A stretch of DNA of 26,558 nucleotides from Anaerolineae bacterium (GCA_038253185.1 JBBSHK010000001.1:1-26558); one strand, 5' to 3'. Positions 8,340 through 15,572 are shown, numbered from the stretch's first letter. The notes: generated from the sequence alone by a model not told the origin. Made by a program: numbers and translations.

Positions 8340-8394
8340 TAATTATGCGGCGAGACCGGCGGATTGCTTGAATGAAAATGGAATTGAAGTAAAT

Positions 8395-8428
8395 AAAAAA
8401 GAGCGACGGATTCTAAATCCATCGCGCT
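8395..8428 (-). terminator. Probable intrinsic terminator of metG
   Basis: Stem GCGACGGATT / AATCCATCGC (9/10) with plus-strand A6 at 8395-8400, which is a U-tract on the minus strand. Confidence 0.7.
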
Positions 8429-8441
8429 TGCCTTGATAACT

Positions 8442-10253
8442 CTACGCTTGCCCACTCTTTCCTAACTTGCTCACTTCTTTTTCTACCACACTCTCGTCCA
8501 ATTTTTTGAAGAGCGCTTTCGGCTCGCCGAGTTTTTGCCCCGGCGCGAGTTGGCTCGGCGACCAACGCGCATTCGCGGTCGGTGGTGAATACACCAATAC
8601 TTCGTGCGAACGCGTCTCTTCTTCAAATGTCTTGATGTCGAACGTCCCCGCGAGATCACCGTCATAGCCAAGTTGCCGATGCAGGTCGGCGGACGAATGC
8701 GGCAGGTACGGATAGAGCAGCGTCTTGAGATTGTCAATGACGCGCAGCGCGACATAGATGCTCGTGGCGGCGCGGGCGCGATCTTGTTTGATCGTCTTCC
8801 ACGGCTCGGTCGCGTTGAGATAAACATTCGCCTCGCGCGCGACCTCGAACGCGAGTTGAATCCCTTCCTTGAAACGCGTGTGCACCAACGCGTCGCCGAT
8901 GGTGGTAAACACGCGTTCGCTTTTTTCGAGCAGCGCGCGATCTTGATCCGATAACTCACCCGGCGTCGGCACTTGCTTGTCAAAATTTTTGTAGGCGAAG
9001 GTCAGCGCGCGGTTCGCGAGATTGCCCCACGTCGCGACCAGCTCGTCGTTATTGCGCCGCACAAACTCGCGCCAACTGAAATCGGTGTCGGCATATTCGG
9101 GCATATTGGTCGAGAGCAGATAGCGCAGCGGGTCGGGATCATAGTCCGCGAGATAGTCGTTGATCCACACCGCCCAATGCGCGGACTTGCTGAACTTGCG
9201 CCCTTCGAGATTCAAGAATTCATTCGCGGGCACATCGTACGGCAATGGCAGGGGCAGGTCTCGTGCCTGCCCATATCCCAAAATAATCGCGGGCCAGATC
9301 ACGGTGTGAAACGGAATATTGTCCTTGCCAATAAAATAATATGGCTTGACGTTCTCCGCGACCGTCCACCATTCGCGCCACTTGTCTCCCAATTCATTGT
9401 TGCGCGCCCATTCGACCGACGCGGAATAATAGCCGATCACTGCTTCGAACCAGACATAGATGCGTTTGCTCGGAAACTTCCCGACCGCTTCGGGGATGGG
9501 AATGCCCCAATCGAGATCGCGCGTGATGGCGCGCCCGTGCAAGCCGGTTGGATTTTCGTCCGTGCCATCGCCGCGCAAATAATTTAAGGTGAACGCGCGC
9601 ACGTTCGATTTCCAATGCGCTTGGGTGCGCGCCCAATCGAGCAGCGGCTGATTGAATTGCGCGAGGTCGAGATAAAAATGTTCGGTGTCGCGCACCTCGA
9701 GCGTGTGCGCCGCGCCATCTTTCGCGAGACGACAGCGCGGGTTGATGAGCTGCAGCGCGTCGAGCACATTGCCGCAGTTTTCGCACTGGTCGCCGCGAGC
9801 GCGTGGGTAGCCGCAGATGGGACATTGACCCTCGATGTAGCGATCGGGCAAAAAGCGCGCGTCGTCTACACAGTAGAGTTGTTTCTCGGTCGCGCGATAA
9901 ATTTCTTCATTCTGATAAAGCTTCAGAAAAAAATCCTGCGAAATGCGATAGTGATTCTCCGTATCGGTGTGCGTGAAGAGATCGAATGAAATGCCGAGAC
10001 GCGCGAACGATTCAAGAAAAATATGATGATAATGCTCAAAGACTTGGCGCGGCGATTTGCCTTCTTCGTCCGCGGTGATGGTCACCGGCGTGCCGTGTGA
10101 ATCGGAACCGGAGACGACGAGCACCTCATTTCCAAGCAGACGATGATAGCGCGCGAAAATATCGGCGGGGAGATATGCGCCCGCGATGTGTCCGAGATGT
10201 AGAGGTCCATTGGCGTAGGGCCAGGCGACGAATACTCCAATTTTGTCGGTCAT
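8442..10253 (-). CDS. metG: Methionine--tRNA ligase without C-terminal tRNA-binding dimerisation domain
   Basis: PYANGPLHLGH (HIGH), GSDSHGTP, CPICG...CENCG zinc knuckle, YVWFEA, GKDNIPFH, KFSKS (KMSKS). Confidence 0.97.
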   Translation of the reverse strand: MTDKIGVFVAWPYANGPLHLGHIAGAYLPADIFARYHRLLGNEVLVVSGSDSHGTPVTITADEEGKSPRQVFEHYHHIFLESFARLGISFDLFTHTDTENHYRISQDFFLKLYQNEEIYRATEKQLYCVDDARFLPDRYIEGQCPICGYPRARGDQCENCGNVLDALQLINPRCRLAKDGAAHTLEVRDTEHFYLDLAQFNQPLLDWARTQAHWKSNVRAFTLNYLRGDGTDENPTGLHGRAITRDLDWGIPIPEAVGKFPSKRIYVWFEAVIGYYSASVEWARNNELGDKWREWWTVAENVKPYYFIGKDNIPFHTVIWPAIILGYGQARDLPLPLPYDVPANEFLNLEGRKFSKSAHWAVWINDYLADYDPDPLRYLLSTNMPEYADTDFSWREFVRRNNDELVATWGNLANRALTFAYKNFDKQVPTPGELSDQDRALLEKSERVFTTIGDALVHTRFKEGIQLAFEVAREANVYLNATEPWKTIKQDRARAATSIYVALRVIDNLKTLLYPYLPHSSADLHRQLGYDGDLAGTFDIKTFEEETRSHEVLVYSPPTANARWSPSQLAPGQKLGEPKALFKKLDESVVEKEVSKLGKSGQA

Positions 10254-10271
10254 AGTAATAACTCCGGTCGA

Positions 10272-10299
10272 AGGTTACAGGTTAAAAGTTGAAAATTGA
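10272..10299. repeat. 7-nt-period tract in the metG leader
   Basis: AGGTTAC AGGTTAA AAGTTGA AAATTGA. Confidence 0.55.
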
Positions 10300-10373
10300 A
10301 CCCCACCTAACCTCCCTCCTCTACGCTTCGCTCCGAGGGTCTTCGACTTAGTAGGGGGAGGAAGGGAGGGGTA
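10299..10373. repeat. REP-like C-rich/G-rich palindrome in the metG leader
   Basis: ACCCCACCTAACCTCCCTCCTCTAC ... GTAGGGGGAGGAAGGGAGGGGT with an internal CTTCGAC module. Confidence 0.6.
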
Positions 10374-10378
10374 GAAAT

Positions 10379-10412
10379 AAAAAAGCCGCAGTCCGAATTT
10401 CGAACTCGCGGC
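10379..10412 (-). terminator. Attenuator terminator in the metG 5' leader
   Basis: Minus strand GCCGC-G-AGT-TCGA-aat-TCGG-ACT-GCGGC then TTTTTTATTT, about 125 nt before the metG start. Confidence 0.8.
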
Positions 10413-10452
10413 GTGGCGCACCGTACGTCAACTCGCTGTTTGAGTTGGCACT

Positions 10453-10500
10453 TTACGGCACGCCGCTATGCATTCCCATTGAGAAAAGATGAATGAACAT
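10453..10500 (-). CDS. Putative metG leader peptide MFIHLFSMGMHSGVP
   Basis: ATG TTC ATT CAT CTT TTC TCA ATG GGA ATG CAT AGC GGC GTG CCG TAA; internal Met codons 8 and 10; 3' end overlaps the antiterminator 5' arm. No clear SD. Confidence 0.6.
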   Translation of the reverse strand: MFIHLFSMGMHSGVP

Positions 10501-10529
10501 TTTCAAATCGATTCGTGCGAACGGATGAG

Positions 10530-10556
10530 AAAGGGCGGAATTGACTCCGCCCTTTT
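10530..10556. terminator. Hairpin between the 84-aa gene and the metG leader
   Basis: Perfect 10-bp stem AAAGGGCGGA / TCCGCCCTTT; T-rich tails on both strands (weaker on minus). Confidence 0.65.
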
Positions 10557-10586
10557 ATTTTACCACAGACGTTCGAGAAATAGCAA
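10557..10586 (-). promoter_or_regulatory. metG leader promoter (extended -10)
   Basis: Minus strand TTGCTA (10586-10581) - 18 nt - TAAAAT (10562-10557) with TGg directly upstream of the -10. Confidence 0.6.
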
Positions 10587-10603
10587 TTGTCACGCCGTGC
10601 GAG

Positions 10604-10858
10604 TTACGTCGCAGGCGCGAGGTGCAGGACCAGGCGCGTGTAAGCGAACCACACGCCATAGCACACGATGCCGACGACCAGCGCTTCGACCAAACTTGGC
10701 ACCAGCGCGATGCTGATCCAATCCAGATGCAGACCGTTGCTCAAGAGGAACAGCGGCGCAAATGCCACCGCCCACGCGATCGGCGGAATGCTCAATAGTC
10801 CAAAGCGGAAAATATTCGCGCGGCGCTCTTCTCGCGACTCTATCTCAGTTTGTCTCAT
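10604..10858 (-). CDS. Small two-TM hypothetical membrane protein (84 aa)
   Basis: Start moved to ATG 10858 because of a strong SD AGGAGGTG 6 nt upstream; two hydrophobic segments. Confidence 0.7.
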   Translation of the reverse strand: MRQTEIESREERRANIFRFGLLSIPPIAWAVAFAPLFLLSNGLHLDWISIALVPSLVEALVVGIVCYGVWFAYTRLVLHLAPAT

Positions 10859-10949
10859 TTCATTCACCTCCTCTTGAGTCAAGTCTGACCGGGATTTTTG
10901 ACTCGTGCCCCCAATTGCGACAGCAGTTTACTCTGGAGTACTAACGCTG

Positions 10950-11753
10950 TCAATCGCGACGCGTTGTCCGAGCCGCACGCGTGCCGTAAATGCCGCGCGC
11001 ATCGTTCCAGCGCACCGCGAGCACATCGCGAAAATTGCGCCACGAGTCTTTCAGCGGATTCACTTTGGTCTCCGTCCCATAGCGCCACTGCACCGGCACC
11101 TCTTTGATGCGATAGCCGGATTTCGTCGCGATGAATAACACCTCGACATCGAACGCAGTGACCATTCCGTTTTTGATACGCTGCGCGGCTTCGCCGTACA
11201 ATTGCACTCGCGAAAAAATATCGTGCGCCACTTCGTCGCGGAATGCTTTGAATCCGCACTGCGTATCCTCAATCCCGCGCACGGTGAGCAAACGCACAAT
11301 AAAATTGAACACGCGCCCCATCAAGTGACGATAAAAGGGTTCTTTGATACGCTGCGCACCGCTGCCCTCGCGCGAGCCGATGACGATGTCATAGCCGCGC
11401 TCGAACCACGGCAATAATTTTTCCACATCCTCGATCGGCGTCGAGAGATCGGCATCTGAAAAAAGCACGATGTGCCCGCGCGCCGCGAGCATCCCCGTGC
11501 GCACGGTGTACCCCTTGCCGCGATGATCGTTGCGAATCAGGCGCACGGTCGGGTGTGTCTCCGCAAACGCGTCCACCACTTCGCCGGTCTGATCGGTCGA
11601 ACCGTCGTCAACGATCAAAATTTCGGTCGGGTAATTCAGTTTGGCGAAATACGCGTGGACGCGCGCGAGAGTTTGCGGCAAGCGCCGCTCTTCATTGTAG
11701 GCGGGGACGACGACCGAGAGAAAGGGGCGATTCGATTCTTGGGTAATGGACAA
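10950..11753 (-). CDS. GT2 polyprenol-phosphate glycosyltransferase (ALG5/DPM1-like)
   Basis: LSVVVPAYNEERRL, DDGSTD, GKGYTVRTG, FSDADLSTP, DTQCGFK, FDVEVL; TTG start with SD GGAGGG. Confidence 0.9.
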   Translation of the reverse strand: MSITQESNRPFLSVVVPAYNEERRLPQTLARVHAYFAKLNYPTEILIVDDGSTDQTGEVVDAFAETHPTVRLIRNDHRGKGYTVRTGMLAARGHIVLFSDADLSTPIEDVEKLLPWFERGYDIVIGSREGSGAQRIKEPFYRHLMGRVFNFIVRLLTVRGIEDTQCGFKAFRDEVAHDIFSRVQLYGEAAQRIKNGMVTAFDVEVLFIATKSGYRIKEVPVQWRYGTETKVNPLKDSWRNFRDVLAVRWNDARGIYGTRAARTTRRD

Positions 11754-11779
11754 TTCCCTCCAGCTTGCAAACGCGTGCT

Positions 11780-11808
11780 ATTCTAATGTAAATAAAACGA
11801 AATGACAA
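11780..11808 (-). promoter_or_regulatory. Internal promoter for the ALG5-like gene
   Basis: Minus strand TTGTCA (11808-11803) - 17 nt - TAGAAT (11785-11780). Confidence 0.6.
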
Positions 11809-11810
11809 CA

Positions 11811-11884
11811 GGACGGCAGACGGACGACGTAAGACGGCATAAAAGGAAGTTTCATCGGTCGTCCATCGTCGGTCACCGGTCGTT
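11811..11884. repeat. 7-nt-period imperfect palindromic element
   Basis: GGACGGC AGACGGA CGACGTA AGACGGC, with an opposed CGTC/GGTC arm at about 11850-11884. Confidence 0.6.
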
Positions 11885-12878
11885 ACCTCGCCAGCACTCG
11901 TTCGATCTCTTCGTCGCGCACCCGTTTCAATTGCTGCGCCTGTTTTCTTTTTTTCAAAAACGCGGGGATCGCGAGAATGCCCGCGAGCTGCCCGCGCAAG
12001 CGCGCCCGCGCCGCCTCACCGCGCCAGTGTCGTAGCGCGTCGAAGGTGATCCTTAATTGCGCGCGCAAAATTTTCGTCCAATATTTTTTCCAGAGCGCGG
12101 CGGGATAATTTTTCACCAGCACGAGGATAAAATTGCGTCCGACGAAATAACTCGCGCGTGCGCCGCCACCCGTCGCGCTGACCATATGATACACAATCGC
12201 GCGCGGCGCATACACACTTTCAAATCCCGCGAGCCGCGCCCGCCAGTTCAAGTCCACATCTTCGCAATAGCTGCCGAGTGATTCATCGAATAGTCCCACC
12301 GCGTCAAATAATTCGCGCCGGTACGCCGCCGCACCCGCGCACGGACCAAACACCGGCGGCGCGTTGCTGTCGTCGTACTGCCCGCGATCAACTTCCCACA
12401 CGCCGCGATTGCCCGGAATTCCATCGACGCGAAAATAATCGCCCGCGCTGTGCAATTTCTCACGTGCATTAAACAGGCGCAGCTTGCTCGCCGCCATTGC
12501 CGCGGGCTTGTTTGCCTCCAGCGCGTGCACGAGTTCTTCCAGCCAGTTCGGTTCGGCTTCGGTGTCGTTATTCAGCAGCACGATGATCTCGCCGCGCGCC
12601 GCGCGAATGCCTGCGTTCACGCCGCCCGCAAATCCGCGATTGGTGTCGAGTGTGAGCACGCGTACTTCGGGATAATTTCGCGCGAGCAGTTCGCGCGAAT
12701 TGTCGCGCGAGGCATTATCCACGACGATGATTTCAAAATCGGTAAAGGTTTGTTTTTTCAAACTGTCGAGGCAGGTGGGGAGCAGATGCGCGCCATTCCA
12801 GTTGGGGATGATGAGCGATGCAAAAGGATGAAGGATAAGGGATGAAGGATGAATAAGATTTTTTACTTCCGCCTTCAT
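11883..12878 (-). CDS. GT2 glycosyltransferase, WbbL/RfbF (rhamnosyltransferase)-like
   Basis: IIPNWNG, VVDNASRD, NRGFAGGVN, LLNNDT, AAYRRELF, YCEDVDL; translationally coupled to rmlD (ATGA). Confidence 0.85.
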   Translation of the reverse strand: MKAEVKNLIHPSSLILHPFASLIIPNWNGAHLLPTCLDSLKKQTFTDFEIIVVDNASRDNSRELLARNYPEVRVLTLDTNRGFAGGVNAGIRAARGEIIVLLNNDTEAEPNWLEELVHALEANKPAAMAASKLRLFNAREKLHSAGDYFRVDGIPGNRGVWEVDRGQYDDSNAPPVFGPCAGAAAYRRELFDAVGLFDESLGSYCEDVDLNWRARLAGFESVYAPRAIVYHMVSATGGGARASYFVGRNFILVLVKNYPAALWKKYWTKILRAQLRITFDALRHWRGEAARARLRGQLAGILAIPAFLKKRKQAQQLKRVRDEEIERVLAR

Positions 12879-12897
12879 ACTTCATCCTTCATCCTTT
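12824..12897. repeat. AAGGATG heptamer palindromic element spanning the rmlD/GT2 junction
   Basis: AAGGATG AAGGATA AGGGATG AAGGATG and the opposed CTTCATACTTCATCCTTCATCCTT arm. Confidence 0.75.
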
Positions 12898-13717
12898 CAA
12901 AGAATTCGCGCAGCGCTTCGTCCCACGTTCGCAGCGTGATGCCGAGCGCATTCGCCGCGACAAAATTTTCGAGCGCGCCATTTTTCGGAGGCGTCGAAGC
13001 GCGGCTGTATTCGCTCAGCTTGATCGGCTTGACCGGACGCGGCAGGTTCGCAAGCTGCAAAATCTGAAGCGCCCATTCATAGCGCGAGCACGCGCCCGCG
13101 TTCACGAGATGATAAATCCCGTACTGCTCGGTCGCAAGCAGTTGGACAATCGCGTTTGCGAGGTCAGGCACATAGGTCGGGCTGCCGATTTCGTCCGTCA
13201 CAACTGAGAGCGCGGTTTGACGCTGCGCGAGATCAAGAATTTTGTCGGGGAATTTACCACCGCCGCGCGCATACAGCCACGCCGTACGCACGATGTAAAA
13301 ACGTTCGAGCAGGTGTTGCGTGAACCATTCGCCCGCGAGTTTGGATTTACCGTAGGCGTTGATCGGATGCGGCGGATCAAATTCCAGGTACGGCGCGGGC
13401 TTTTCGCCGTCGAACACTTCGTTGGTGCTGAGGTAGAGCATCGCCGCGTGGGCGCGCTGGCAGGCGAGCGCGACATTTTGCGTGCCGAGCGCGTTCACGC
13501 GAAACGCGTGCGCGGGATCACGCGCGCACGCGTCCACATTCGTCAGCGCGGCATTGTGGATCACAAGGTCAGGTTTCAAATCCGAGAGTGTTTCTATGAG
13601 GCGCGCGTCCGCGACGTCGGCTCGTGTATGCGAGAGCCCGATCACCTCGTGAGCGGGTTCCAGTTGGCGCAGCAGTTCGCTGCCGAGCTGACCGTGCGCG
13701 GTGAGAACAATTTTCAT
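12875..13717 (-). CDS. rfbD: dTDP-4-dehydrorhamnose reductase
   Basis: GQLG, HNAALTNVDAC, NALGT, LSTNEVFDG, YGKSK (YxxxK), RTAWLY, GSPTY; the first Gly of the Rossmann motif is missing. Confidence 0.9.
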   Translation of the reverse strand: MKIVLTAHGQLGSELLRQLEPAHEVIGLSHTRADVADARLIETLSDLKPDLVIHNAALTNVDACARDPAHAFRVNALGTQNVALACQRAHAAMLYLSTNEVFDGEKPAPYLEFDPPHPINAYGKSKLAGEWFTQHLLERFYIVRTAWLYARGGGKFPDKILDLAQRQTALSVVTDEIGSPTYVPDLANAIVQLLATEQYGIYHLVNAGACSRYEWALQILQLANLPRPVKPIKLSEYSRASTPPKNGALENFVAANALGITLRTWDEALREFFERMKDEV

Positions 13718-13724
13718 ATGGATT

Positions 13725-13756
13725 GTAGGGGACTCGATGGCAATGCTTCGCCCTAC
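13725..13756. repeat. GTAG-type REP-like palindrome directly upstream of rmlD
   Basis: GTAGGGG ... GGCAATGCTTCGCCCTAC (minus strand GTAGGGCGAAGCATTGCC). Confidence 0.55.
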
Positions 13757-13819
13757 TCCAAGCGGGCTTGGTATTCGCGCAAATAATGCGCGAGCGCGAT
13801 GCCGGAAAGAAATCGCCGC

Positions 13820-15034
13820 TCAGCCATTGACCGACGGTTGAACCTGGATGTTAGAAGTTGGAAGCGGGAGATTGGAGGGCGCGTTTATTTCCGGCTCGAC
13901 TGTCGCGTCGAGCGTATAGACATTCAGTTCGCCGGTGTCGCCTTTGAGCGCGATGGAATCCGTCCGGCTTACACTCAGGCGCGGCGCGAGCGCTTGATAA
14001 ATATTCTCCGTGATGTAAATCGTATCCGCCGGCGCGAGTCCCGCGAGAAAGTACGCCGTGTTCACTGGCGCGCCAATCGCGGTGTACTCGAGTCGTCGCG
14101 GCGAGCCGATGTTGCCGACCACGACTTCGCCCGAATCAATCGCGATGCCGATGTGCAGCGGCGGCTGCCTGCGCGCCTCGTGCGTGCGATTCATCTCTTG
14201 CACTTCGCGCTGCATCGCGCGTGCGGTCTGAATCGCGCGCCACGTTTCATCGCCAATCGCCAGCGGCGCGCCGTACAAGACCACAATCGCGTCGCCAATA
14301 AATTTATTCACTGTGCCGTCGTACGTGAAAATGATGTCGATCATCCGCGCGAAATATTGGTTGAGTGTGTGCACGACTTCTTCCGCGCCGCGCTCTTGAA
14401 TCATCCGCGTAAAGCCGCGAATGTCAGAGATGAGCACGGTCGCCTGCCGCTTTTCACCTTCGAGCGAAATGGACGGATACGAGTCGAGGATGCGGCGCGC
14501 GATGGACTTGCTGACGTACTTGCCGAAAATTTCTTTGGTGCGCTGCTGCTCTTGACGTTGCTCCTGCAAATAATCGGCAAAGAGTCCGACGATGGGAAAA
14601 AGTCCGGCGACGCCGAGCGGATACAACGCGAGCTTCAAATTCGGCTCGACATAATTCGGCACCGCGAGCGCGACCATACACAAGCCCGCGAGCGCGCCGG
14701 CGAGGTAATACATCAAGTAGCTGACCGGGCGATTCGCTTCCGCGCGTCCGCGCCAAAGGTGATAGATTCTGCGAATCGCGATGAGAAAGAGTGGCGTCGT
14801 CGCGCCGCCGATTGCGGCGAGGGTGGTTTCTTTGACGAGGTAGTATTGGAAATCGTTCGCGAGTGCGCCGAGCGCGAGTCCGAGACCGAGTCCGAGAATA
14901 ATTGCGACGCCGAAGGTGATCGACGAGAGCAGACGCAGCGGCGCATAAACCGTTTCGCGCAAGAGGAATGCCAAGCGCGCGTCGCTTTCGAGATTAACCC
15001 GCGCGGGGAAATTGGGTCGGGTCGAATTTTTCAT
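13820..15034 (-). CDS. Membrane-anchored class III adenylate/guanylate cyclase-domain protein, probably catalytically impaired
   Basis: Hydrophobic N-terminal helices; SDIRGFT, NKFIGDAI, GIAIDSGEVVVGNIG, YTAIGAPVNTAYFL. Confidence 0.88.
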   Translation of the reverse strand: MKNSTRPNFPARVNLESDARLAFLLRETVYAPLRLLSSITFGVAIILGLGLGLALGALANDFQYYLVKETTLAAIGGATTPLFLIAIRRIYHLWRGRAEANRPVSYLMYYLAGALAGLCMVALAVPNYVEPNLKLALYPLGVAGLFPIVGLFADYLQEQRQEQQRTKEIFGKYVSKSIARRILDSYPSISLEGEKRQATVLISDIRGFTRMIQERGAEEVVHTLNQYFARMIDIIFTYDGTVNKFIGDAIVVLYGAPLAIGDETWRAIQTARAMQREVQEMNRTHEARRQPPLHIGIAIDSGEVVVGNIGSPRRLEYTAIGAPVNTAYFLAGLAPADTIYITENIYQALAPRLSVSRTDSIALKGDTGELNVYTLDATVEPEINAPSNLPLPTSNIQVQPSVNG

Positions 15035-15045
15035 CTGCCGACAAA

Positions 15046-15054
15046 ATTATAGCA
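15046..15054 (-). promoter_or_regulatory. Extended -10 promoter of the cyclase gene
   Basis: Minus strand TGcTATAAT ending 11 nt upstream of the ATG; no SD. Confidence 0.55.
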
Positions 15055-15091
15055 GGGTTTATGCGAAATGGCGCGACCGAAAAAAATTTAT

Positions 15092-15150
15092 CCACGAAAG
15101 ACACGAATGAACACGAAAAAATCTTTCATGCAGATCGGCGGGATTCGTGA
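15092..15150. repeat. 9-nt-period CACGAA element in the divergent promoter region
   Basis: CCACGAAAG ACACGAATG AACACGAAA, with a degenerate opposed arm ending GATTCGTG. Confidence 0.55.
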
Positions 15151-15175
15151 ATTATTTTTCCAAATTAGGAGGTCG

Positions 15176-15204
15176 TTGACTTGGGCGAAATACAAATCTA
15201 TAAT
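15176..15204 (+). promoter_or_regulatory. Near-consensus sigma70 promoter for the small-protein/NLR operon
   Basis: TTGACT (15176-15181) - 17 nt - TATAAT (15199-15204). Confidence 0.75.
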
Positions 15205-15259
15205 TCACTTGTGGTTCCTAAAACAAGATTGGAAGAATTTAGAAAGCTAGGAGGCTTTT

Positions 15260-15556
15260 ATGGACACGCTCACCTTTGCAGCGATCGTGATTCTTGCCCT
15301 CGTTCTGCTTGCCATCATCATTCAGTACGGCAGACGCGGCAAAATCAACGGTCGTATGAAAATCGGACCATTGGATTCGAGTGTTTCTGCTGGAGTGCCT
15401 GAAGAGACCCGCCCCGAATTGGATCAGGCAGCCACAGAAGGAGGTGAGATTTATCGATCTCCGCCCACACTTTCCGCCGCGTCAGCTGGAAAACTAACGC
15501 AAGCATCAAAGGGGCAAGGTAGCAAGATCGATGAAAGCGGGCCCTCGATAGTCTGA
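15260..15556 (+). CDS. Small protein with N-terminal hydrophobic helix and two C-terminal pseudo-repeats
   Basis: SD AGGAGG then ATG; TLTFAAIVILALVLLAIIIQY followed by RRGK; repeats LDQAATEGGEIYRSPPTL and LTQASKGQGSKIDESGPSIV. Confidence 0.8.
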   Translation: MDTLTFAAIVILALVLLAIIIQYGRRGKINGRMKIGPLDSSVSAGVPEETRPELDQAATEGGEIYRSPPTLSAASAGKLTQASKGQGSKIDESGPSIV

Positions 15557-15572
15557 ACTTTAGAGAACGTCA

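Noticed and set aside
10400-10430. T-box riboswitch upstream of metG (minus strand ACGGTGCGCCACG resembles GGGTGGNACCRCG)
   Set aside because: The UGGN tRNA-pairing bulge is absent and no Stem I motifs were recognised; the leader-peptide model explains the stems better.
10380-10556. SAM-I or SAM-IV riboswitch in the metG leader
   Set aside because: Only GGTGC and a GCCAAC near-match are present; the ATCxAGAG core, kink-turn P2 and closing GAT are missing.
13799-15052. 417-aa plus-strand ORF antisense to the cyclase
   Set aside because: Shadow ORF of a GC-rich gene with no recognisable motifs. The same applies to 2405-3301, 20453-21556 and other long overlapping ORFs.
15087-15096. DnaA-box-like TTATCCACG
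   Set aside because: Single mismatched copy that is part of the CACGAA periodic element; no box cluster.
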